The notes beneath the pieces are model-generated. The model had not been told where the DNA came from. It searched no databases and saw nothing but the letters and a program-made list of their open reading frames with translations. Shown piece after piece: positions 11,601 to 21,195 of a stretch of 64,000 nt of DNA. The first letter of the stretch is position 1. Each line of letters begins with the position of its first letter. Origin of the DNA: Diadema antillarum. Taxonomy: Eukaryota. The stretch is taken from the NCBI RefSeq assembly GCF_040938485.1, contig NW_027271188.1, positions 1,054,001 through 1,118,000 of the forward strand, in the 5' to 3' direction. The translations under genes were made by a program, and so were the position numbers.

Positions 11601-13531
11601 TTGATTAACGTAGATCAAGCTGCATTCTTGCCCCATCACTCAACTAACACTTGTCTCCATCGAGCTGTTGATGATTGGTTGAATCTTTTAATGATCGTGA
11701 AGTAGTTGCTGCATGTTTCTTGATATTTCTCAGTGTTTTGATTCAATTGAAAATACGTTATTATTGCATAAGCTGGAATGTTATGGCATAAAGGGCAAAC
11801 AACTGAAATGGTTTTCTGATTATTTAACTGGTAGGAGTCAAAATGTTTTTTGCCATGGCCATCTCTCAACATCCAAAAGTATCACAACAGGGGTACCACA
11901 AGGGAGTGTACTTGGGCTACACTTTTCCTCATGTCTAGTAATGATATTTCTGAATCTGTATATTCATGTTCCTGTAATGTATTCGCAGATGATGTAGTGA
12001 TTTATTGTTTGCATAAAGATACTGATAGAGTTACATCAATGTTGCAAAATGATTTGAATTCAATATATAGATGGTACAAGAGAAACAGATTATGTATTAA
12101 CTTACATAAGACCAAGGTAATTTTATCAAGTCCAGGGTGCTCCAAAAGTTTGAACATTTTTCTTGATGGAAAAGGATTGAACAGGTTTATAATTTTAGGT
12201 ATTTGGGTGTTATAATAGACGACCATCTTCAGTGGGATGCACACACGTATACAAAATCTTGCCAAATCTATTTCTACGAAATTATTTGTTACGTAAAATT
12301 AGTCAATTTTGGATAAAGATTCACTTAAACTTTTGTATACTGCAGTTATTCAACCGTGTATTGATTATTCATGCTCCGTTTGGGGAAATTGCTCTGTTAA
12401 AAATAGAAATTTCTTTCTCAATTACAAAGAGGGCAGCACGAATTATCACATCAAATTTTGATTACGAAACTGCAAAACTGCAAATGGGAATGAAATTATC
12501 AAGGTTTGAATTTACAAGCATTTGAAAACAGAAGGAATTATTTTTGTCAACGCTCATGTATAAATGCATCCATGGACTTGCCCCCACCCGAATGTGCAAT
12601 TATATTGAGATGATTTTTGACAGGCATGGGTTTAATACAAGAGCAGCTGATTCTTTGAATGTGGTATCACCTAAACCGAATGTAGAATGTTTTAAAAGCT
12701 GCTTTAGATATGCAGGAGGAAAGGTATGGAACTCACTACCAAATGATTAAAGAAATCAAAGTCATTATCAGCTTTTAAATTGTTATATAAGAAAATGTAT
12801 TTTCACTGATTTTATCCAACGCCCTATTTTTACATAATGTGTATCATACTATTTTTTTTTTTGGTCACACTGTATTACCCAAACTTGCCTTGTGCAATGT
12901 ATGTGTGCGTGAGTCCTTGAATGTGTGTTATGGGTACAAGCATTTCACTGTTTAGATTGAATGGGCATGGCTGCCAGATTGCAAGTAATTTATTTATCAG
13001 TGTAGATTTTTACATGGGAATATTTTCTGCTTTTTATGATCGTGGGCTAGTTGATTTAAGTTCTTACTGGAAGAGTTTTTAAACTCCTTTTGTACACTAA
13101 ATGGTTTGATTGTGTATATAATCTTGCATCATTTTACTCGCTGTTTTAATATATCCTTTTCTATCATATTGTTTTGTGATATCGTACATTGATCTGGTTA
13201 CTACTGATTTCAACTAAACGTTTTGCTCCTTGCAACTCTGATTGCTTGTTTGTAGTGGTTTTTATGCTTATATTTATGTAACATGATTTTATATTTATAT
13301 AGTTGGATTGTACAGGACCTTGATGTAAAACAGCACTCATCTGCTGATCTTGCTATCTTGTCAAAATATGTTGAAATAAATAAATAGATAGATAAATAAA
13401 TAGATAAATAAATAAATTATACTGGCATGACTGGAGAGCATACTCACTGTACTCCGCTCTTCTCTACTCTCTGCTTCAGGAGGGATGTGAGACACGAAGT
13501 CTTTGCTCGAGTATTTGAACACTGAGGCCAT
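470..13531 (-). CDS. GDPGP1: GDP-D-glucose phosphorylase 1 (HIT-family, VTC2 homolog); at least 9 coding exons, 3' end outside the window
   Basis: Coding exons (minus): 13531-13448, 10822-10706, 8953-8846, 5931-5728, 4534-4476, 4069-3967, 2448-2345, 1591-1446, 535-470. All are GT-AG with matching phases. The translation carries family motifs [58 protein letters not shown] (HIT triad), IAHNMF, LWPR and [16 protein letters not shown]. The last visible exon ends in a strong phase-1 donor (AAAA|GTGAGT) with no homologous exon downstream in the window. Confidence 0.95.
3400..3740 (+). mobile_element. 3' fragment of an RTE-clade LINE
   Basis: Translation [27 protein letters not shown]...SPACDC...[12 protein letters not shown] matches the Cys/His C-terminus of RTE-type ORF2. 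It ends GCCATACAATAAGAAGAAGAA, a short AAG tail. Lies in GDPGP1 intron 6, antisense. Confidence 0.75.
5145..5571. mobile_element. MITE with 15-bp TIRs (hAT- or P-like)
   Basis: CAGGGCTCGACACTA ... TAGTGTCGAGCCATG (1 mismatch), flanked by ATATATG on both sides (5138-5144 and 5572-5578). Many internal GGCCACCAAA/TTTGGTGGCC motifs. Confidence 0.85.
6346..7466 (+). mobile_element. Helentron-associated non-autonomous element (HINE/DINE-1-like), copy A
   Basis: Starts AAACAAGAG, has subterminal GCTCACCTGAG (6370), ~320-330 bp internal tandem units, GACG-type microsatellite remnants near 7390-7420, and the left arm of a 3' hairpin at 7441, ending in an A-run. Confidence 0.75.
7471..8794 (+). mobile_element. 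HINE-like element, copy B (tandem with copy A)
   Basis: Same 5' end (AACAAGAGACC..GCTCACCTGAGTATCGCAAGTTCACC), same internal units and GACG remnants. 3' CTCAGGTGAGC (8778-8788) followed by an A-run. Confidence 0.75.
10315..10530. mobile_element. Tc1/mariner-type MITE
   Basis: TA|CTGTAACAC ... GGTTTTACAG|TA: imperfect TIRs with a TA duplication. Confidence 0.65.
11360..13420 (+). mobile_element. 5'-truncated, frameshifted CR1/L2-group LINE (reverse transcriptase remnant plus 3'UTR)
   Basis: Fragmented ORFs 11424-12750 give NYRTISV...[31 protein letters not shown] and WNSLP. The 3'UTR ends in an (AAAT/AGAT)n tail at ~13375-13417. Lies in the GDPGP1 intron between the first two coding exons, antisense. 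Confidence 0.9.
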
Positions 13532-14899
13532 ATCTACGCAGATAGTGACAGAAAACGTGTAATTTATTCGTTTACTCAAATTTCAAAAGGAAAGGAAGCA
13601 AAACAAAATAATATCCCATAACGAAAACAACAACATAATACACTTTCCTCTGACAAATTACCAAGTTACCAAATTTATCAAATCTGGTAAATTACCAAAG
13701 TTAATAAAATTCTAAGTCTGACTGCATTACATAAGGAGTCACTATGTATCCTTTAAAAATCTCACATACTGTACATGTACACACCCAGCACCCACCCATA
13801 CAACCTCACTACAGTGTTCTCATAATATGTAAAGCTCAAATGACCCAGGAGTCTGAACGTGGCATTTAATTTGAATCCTGTTCCATACAATTCAACGGGC
13901 CTACACAAAGTTACATTGCAGAAGATGTGCTAGGCTAAGACTGTGTATCACATTTGGTCAGAATATTGGTTGTATAATCCAGCAGTAATTAAACAAATAC
14001 CATACTGTAAAAGTGGATATTTTCGCGCGACTAATTTTTCGCGCTAGGCCGGGTCAGAAGAGTTTCGCTCGTTTTTAATTCGTGGAATCAAGACATCACG
14101 CACAGGAACGTATGGCAAGTAAAAATATTCGCATGCTTTTATTTTTTGTGTAACAAAAAATCACCGAGCAAATTTGTGACTATTTATATGTCAGATGTGA
14201 GATGAATAAAAAGTGAATAAGGAGCCCCTTGAGGCTCTCCCCCGGGAGGCCTCATGAGGCTCTCGGCAGGCCTCGTGAGGCAGGGCAGTGCTCGTACGGG
14301 GAGCAGGCCTCGGCCTCTTGAGCGGGTTTCCGGGACTATGCACGAAACTCTACACTGTTAATACCATCAAGTAGAAATCAATAGGCACCTCCCTAGAGAT
14401 CTTCAAACAGGGGGTGCACAAAATGAGACTTTGTTTATACCGGTAAGCCTCTCCTGTCATCTGTAGTGTCAGCTCAGTGACAGTGCAGTGTGATCATTTT
14501 TATTTTACTTGCACTTTTCATCTGATCTCGGCACTGCACTGCACTCGCACTGCCCCACTCAAGTAGAAGTACGAATAGCTATGTTCAGTAGGTATACTAT
14601 TTTATATACATATATCACAAACATGTATTCTTTGATATTGTTTATAACCATATGATATCTTGTATTTATATGTGTTGTACTCTCATACCCCGGAATGGGG
14701 TCGGAAGAGTCGAATAAAATCTTACTAATCTTACGATAATTAATACACCAAAGAAGAAGAAGAAGAACCAGGTATGTTATTCAGGTAAATGTATACTTTC
14801 TATACCGGTAATTCATAGATTCTTATTCGAGCTCGAGCTCACTAACCGGTATCCTCTCCTGTAAGAGCTGTACTGTACTGCCTGAGCTGAGCTGTGTGG

Positions 14900-15383
14900 G
14901 GCCGGGCCGCGGGGGATGGTGGCGTGTACAGGCTGTACACGATTACGTGTGTGCACGAGTAGGCCTCCCTAGATTCTGCAAACCCCGCCCGATCAGTGTT
15001 CAGTCTTTCTCTGTTCTGTCCAGTGCAAGTGCTGGTCGAGCAACGGCTTAATGCCTATCCTTTATCCTTGCTTGCAGTAAGTGGCAGATGAAGGGAGCAA
15101 CAGCACAATCAGATCAAATCCAACCAGCACAAACGTGACCCTAGGCTAGGTAGGATAGGCCAACCTATGTGGACATGACGCAACGTGGACTGTATCGGTA
15201 CACGTACACGTACACTGACTGGAAGCGAAGCGCCTGCATGCTGCGCTGCGCTACCCTGCACATATGCCCGGCGGGCCCGCATGGGAAGCTGTCCGCCGCC
15301 GCAGCAGCAGAGGTTATGTAACCTCATCCAGTCTCCAGAGTTTGCGTAATCACAGATCCTAACAGTTAGATGGTGAGACAGAC
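14900..15383. promoter_or_regulatory. Likely shared (bidirectional) promoter of GDPGP1 and COX20
   Basis: GC/CpG-rich segment between the divergent 5' ends: GDPGP1 ATG exon at 13533, COX20 candidate exon 1 at 15384. The TSSs cannot be determined from sequence. Confidence 0.55.
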
Positions 15384-18300
15384 ATGGACTCCGACGACAG
15401 TAGTAAGGTAAATATGAAAATTAATGACTGTTGATTCCGAAAGCCTTGACAATGGCCGCTGAAATAGCTTTTACATGTAAACATTTCGACTGCGTTGTAA
15501 ATATCACAAAAATACACAAGCTCGGCCCATCCCCTCCCCGTGAGGTGCCTGTGCAAATTACTATCTGTTAGTCCCATATACGGACTTTATTGTTAGCTAG
15601 TACAGTAGTAGGCCTACATCGTACGTGTAGTTAGTTGTAATTTAATGCTGCCTAATTTAATACATGTTCTACTAACCGCAGCAGCGACCCCAATACGTAC
15701 CGTAAAGGGTTACTATGTTACAGCGCCCCGCGCCGGGGTTAATGTTCTACTAGAACTAGTACTAGTCTACTCAGTTCTCAGTAACGAAGGCAATATGCAA
15801 TAGCAGCCGTTGACCGAAAGATCGGTCTGTATCTGTCCGTCGGGGAATGTTCGCGGAGACTGCGTCTGGCTTCACGGATCCTGTCCGTATACGGAGGACA
15901 GCGTTAACGGCAAATATAAAAGAGTCCTCCGGACAGACGGATCTTTCTGTCTATATAATAGCAGCCGTAGCTTAGTAGGCCCTATTGTATTGGTTGTTTC
16001 TGCTTACTGATGAGTATTATTGCAATATTGGCTTTACATTACACCTCTTTACACATGCCATATTTATGAATGACATTTGTAGATGACTGAGAATATGGTG
16101 AGATGTTCCAAATATGATACAATCTTCGCGTTCAGGCTCCCCATCGTGAGCTTATTCATACTAACATTAAATAGACCCAGTCTATTTAGGGCTCCTACCT
16201 ACTCCTAGAATCTGTCGCTAAATAAATTGCATCATCCAATCATGGCCACAGGCACAGTATTGTAGGACCCCTGCCCTCCATGTAAAATAGTTTCTAAAGG
16301 GACCTTTGATAGAGTTATTTCATAAGTAAATTTAATTAGGTTTAGCTACTTTATACTTCCAGGTTTCATCAGCTAACAAGCTAAAAAAAAAAAAAAAAAA
16401 GGCCTTCATCACAACTTCTGCTCCCGGTTTCATCAGCTAACAAGCCAGGAGAGAAAAAAAAGGGCCTTCAGCGCAAGTTCTGCTGCCACTTCTGGGTTTT
16501 CTTCAGCTGACAAGCAAAATAAAAAAAAAAAGAAAAAGAAAACCAGGCCTTGCCCGTGCTCACACTTAAGGTTTCATCAGCTGACCAGAAAAGAATCACT
16601 CTGGTTCCTTCTATTTTTTCTGTGGGTACCACTTTTTACACCCAATATATTCCTCTGTGTTGTGAAAAAAAGTTCCACTGGTCCTGAAGTAATTCTATGA
16701 CATAACACTTCGTACAAGCTTTCAGAGGGTTAGCATATTCCTGCGTGGTTTGGCAGAGAGATCACACCAAGGAAATTCAAAGTGTTTTGTTATGATAATG
16801 AGTTTGGCACCCCAGTCCCTATAAATAGCGGGTATTCCTACTATTCGACATCTTTTCAAAGTATCCGAGGCAGTGTCCAAACATTCACACGATCACTCAA
16901 CGTCCGTCTCCACTAACATTGCACAGAGCAGAAAACCTATCAACAATCATTCATCTGGATCAGTCATCCTCATATATCTTACAGGCATGAAGCCAGACAG
17001 TTAATGAGTTACGTCATGGAAGTTGCGACAGCAGGTAGTATGGCAAATGAGTTGACAGTTTCTGTGACGAGAAGAGAGAGAGGGAGCCCCCCGGGTTATC
17101 AAACAATATGTTATGAACCCACAACGCGTTGGGCGGGACCCTCTTCATCTTGTACTTCATCGTTATTAATAGAATTCTAATTATACTTCATAATATTATT
17201 CACGTAGTTTTGGAATTGATTGGGATATTAAATATAGATCTTCATAATTTCTAGATGAAATGTTGATGCCTGTGTCATTAGTCATTTGGTGATTTTCCTT
17301 CTCTTTTTTTTTTTCAGAAGCCATTCGTGTCGCAGGTCAAGGAGCAGATCCAGGAGACACCATGCATGAGGACGGCATTCCTGTATGGCATCGGTGGAGG
17401 TCTGGGAGTTGGTTTAGCAACATTTCTTCTCACAAGTAAGCTTCATTGTTCTGGTAACCAAGTCTTTGGTAATATAAGTAGATTTCTTCCTGTTCTTTGT
17501 ATAACTAGAACTGTTTCAAATGTTTTGGCCATTTTATGGGATTGCCACTGTGTCCTGAAGTGCAGTACCAAAATTTGCATTGCAGACTGAATAGATATTG
17601 TGAATTTGATGTAAAACAGAAACAGCTTTCCTGATCTTGTGCATTACAATTAGATGTGTCTATTGCAAAGCAATTAAACATGTTAATTATTGTTCAATCC
17701 TTTTTAAAATTGAGGTAAATTAGTGTATAAGTCTCATTCTAAAATCAACATCGTATTCATATTTCTCCAGGTCGAGTGAAAAGGTCAGCAGACATGGGAG
17801 TCTTTTCCTTGGTTGCAGTCACTCTTGGCTCATTGTAAGTCTTGGAATATCTGTAATGTGCAATCACCCTTCAACAAATTACAGTCAGCCTTGCTTTAAG
17901 TCTACCCTCACTTGAGTCAAAGGTCTTTTCAAGTCCTCTTCTCTTTGTATTCTATTGACTTCAACCCCTCATAAGTCACTTTTTCTCTAAGTCAAAGCTA
18001 TTTTTCAGTCCAAGTAGATTTGACCTAGGCAAGGTTGACTGTAGCTTGCCTCAATGTGATGGTGTATAACGATTAGACTGCCACAGATGGTACACAGTGT
18101 GGCTTTACATGTGCCAGTAGTACAGTGCAGAGGACATGTCTTTGGTGACAGTTACTGTTCACAAAGAAGAATTACATATGTATGATGATTCAATGTGAAG
18201 GGCATATCCTCCCAGGTGGTGCTCTAACCAATTATGAAGGGGCTAGCAATACCTGATCTTTTGGGAGTCAGTTCTTGAACTGGCAACTTTCAGCTTGCAA

Positions 18301-18818
18301 TCATGAAAAAAAAAACAAATCATGATTCTGTCTGTAGTGACATTTATCATGTCATTTTGTTGTTGTTGTTGCAGGTAGTGTGTAGGTATTGTCAGATTTC
18401 AAGTCTTAGAAAGATGAAAGCAACCATTCTTCCCTGAAATTATTTTTAAATTTATTTTCTGTTATGCAATGTAGCTATCTTTGTTTGCTTGAGTTTTTAA
18501 GGGTCTAACATTAGGGTTAGTTTGAGGGTCTGAACAAGTTAGAGAATTCTTTATATATAAAATTTACATAATTTAGAAATTTCATGGAAAGTACAATGTA
18601 TTCAAAGGCAGACGATACCTATTTAAACTCAAGTCATGTGCCACATCTTCAAATTAAATGTAAATCCTTACACCAATGAGTTACGCTCCCTATCTCTTCT
18701 CTCTAGTACATACTGCAGATACAACAGAGCAAAAATGCTGATTAAGCAACGACGCTTCCGTGAATTGCAAGGGCTGGAACCAAGAGAAGTCTCCAACAGC
18801 TTCAAGCCGGAAAGATGA
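15384..18818 (+). CDS. COX20: Cytochrome c oxidase assembly protein COX20 (~105 aa)
   Basis: Exons 17318-17435, 17771-17834 and 18707-18818 splice in frame to KPFVSQVKEQIQETPCMRTAFLYGIGGGLGVGLATFLLTSRVKRSADMGVFSLVAVTLGSFTYCRYNRAK..., the COX20 pattern PC.R..LYG / two TM segments / CRY. The first coding exon is less certain; the best candidate is 15384-15407 (MDSDDSSK, AAG|GTAAAT, phase 0). Confidence 0.9.
16361..16590. repeat. Degenerate tandem repeat (~65-75 bp, 4 copies)
   Basis: GGTTTCATCAGCT(A/G)AC(A/C)AG followed by A-runs and GGCCTT recurs four times in COX20 intron 1. Confidence 0.7.
17882..18041. mobile_element. Tc1/mariner-type MITE
   Basis: TA|CAGTCAGCCTTGC ... GCAAGGTTGACTG|TA. 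Confidence 0.8.
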
Positions 18819-20380
18819 TGAAAAGCCTCTCTTGCATCATATTCAGAGTAGTTTCCCATGTAATACGAGTATGAACTTCACGAATTCAATATGAATAGAC
18901 TGACTGGAAATACTGGACACCTTACAAGCCAGTATAGTTTATCATGCATTGTGAAGATCATGTGACTGCTAAATCATTGAATTGTATCGGGGAGGTGGGA
19001 CCTTTCTGATTGTATTACAGAAGTACAGTGAAAGTTTATATTGCATAAGCTGTGCAGTGGAGCAGATGTGAAGTGAGTTGCTGATAGGAAAATGTACAAC
19101 TTAATATGATCTGATGTAGTGGTTACCACATTAGCTGGTAAAATATTTAAACATTGCATCACTCCCATTGTGTTTGCTTGCAAAATACCAAAAATACATC
19201 TGCCAGAGATAAGTTTGAAGGACTTAGATGACTGACATAAAAGCAGTGAGCATTATTGACATAATCTCCTGCAATTCTGGAGAGCACTGTTTTACTACAG
19301 AGAATGCACTGTTTTACTACAGAGAATGTGAGATTTGTGGCATGTCGCAAACAAGCATTTATCAAATCAGCAGTAAAAGAAAGTGATAGCATGCTGATAT
19401 ATCAACAAGACAAGAACTCTCTCAATTTGGGTACGCAGAGGAAAGATATCTTCACAGTTTGATGGTCCTGTTTTCTATTGCCTAATTTTTGACACACATG
19501 TACAAATTGTACATGTACAGTGTGTAAAATGAGGACAAATCTTTGTGCAAAAAACTAAATTAAAAATGAATAACCAAACATAGTGACATCAATATTAATA
19601 CACTGTACTGAGTAGGAGTAGATGAAATCTTACATCATGTAGCAGTGTACATACTGTGTACACTACGCTAATTTGTTTGTGTTTGATCAAATCGATAATT
19701 TGTATTTGGAAAAAATCATCAGTCAAAAAATCATGACTGCAACCACCTGCTGTTCTGGCTCAGAGAAGTGCAAAAATTCTTAGATTTTCTGTTACACATT
19801 TCCTCTCTACTCTTGATCTATGCTCACATAGGTTGATAACTACATCGGAGAATATTTTGGATTGAGCAGTGTTATGCTACTGCATCATGTATGTGTCTGC
19901 GATGCTGGCCATGATGTCTCTTTATGGATTTTATTTGAATTCAGTATGGAAGTGTGTCATTAAAAAAAAAAAAAATGTCATTTAAGTTTGGTCTAGAGGT
20001 TTATCATTGTCAAATCTTGACCTGTACTAATTGTGGTTATGCTATCCCCAATGCCCTGCCTTTTAATAGGTCGAAACTGCCTTTCGTAGGATCAAAGGTT
20101 AAATACATGTATTGGTACTGTAGTTGTCTTGTGTGCACCGTGCAGGTGGCATTAAGTGACAGATATTGTTGAAATTTTGTACTTGGTGTATTACGGTTTC
20201 AAATCTAGACTCGGCATTTTTGATGATGCTTCCTTGTCTTTAACAGGGCCAGAGGTCATATTTAGGTTGCTAACTTGTACAGTACTCTCTGCTTAATTGG
20301 GTAATGTGTGGCGCAGCATCATACATGTACTAGTCACACCCCTCTCTGCATCACATACACACAGCACAGTATGTCACTTA

Positions 20381-21195
20381 TGGCCCAGTCACAATGTCGG
20401 CGATCTGTCAGGGATTAGTTTTGGCCGGGGGTCGTCGTAGAAAATAAAGAATCCTTGAACAATCCTAGCAATAATCCTAATAAAAGTGGAGCAGTCACAT
20501 TGTCTGAGATTTTTTCAAGGATTTTGACCCGGTTTTGTCGAAAAATCGTGGGATTAGCCTCCAATCGCCTCCGATTGCATCGGAGGCGATCGGAGACGAT
20601 ATCTGCGATCGTCTTTTCTTTTAATTTTTTCCCCCTGGGTATATGTGGGGGAAAAGGAGGGTTTTCTGACCTCGGTCATCTGTAGCAAGAGCGTCTCAAA
20701 CTTTTAGCGATCCGGTCGGAGGCGCCCTTATATACACGGCGATTTACTACGATTCCACCGTACGAATCGTCGGAGACGATCACAGAAAGCGTACGAATCG
20801 TCGCAGGGCGCCTCCGATTCAGTCGGAGGGCGCCGGAGACTACTCGCAGACATTGAATCTCAACCTGAATTTCCAATCCCACACAGAATCTTGCGACTAG
20901 TCTCAGATTATTCGGAGGACGCCTCCGATTAATCGGAGGGCATCGTAGGTCATCGGATATTGTGTCTGGGATGCCAAAAATGGGTGAAAAATCTTGCGAG
21001 CAATCTTGCAATTTTACGTTCAAAGTTAGGGACCGCGACGGGTGTGGCGATGCCTAAAAAATCTGCGACAAGCCGCAGGCGTGCGGAGAGCGCCTCCGAC
21101 GGGTGCAAAATCGTGAGATCTGTCTCAAGATTTTGTTAAAATTTCCCGGGTTTTACCCATCGCCGACGTATCGCAACTGATTTGTGACTGGCCCA
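20381..21195. mobile_element. PIF/Harbinger-type MITE
   Basis: TIRs TGGCCCAGTCACA / TGTGACTGGCCCA (1 mismatch) with a TTA duplication (20378-80, 21196-98). CpG-rich interior. Confidence 0.85.

Noticed and set aside
11424-12750. Active or domesticated reverse transcriptase gene
   Set aside because: Multiple frameshifts, 5' truncation and a LINE-type tail indicate a dead retrotransposon copy.
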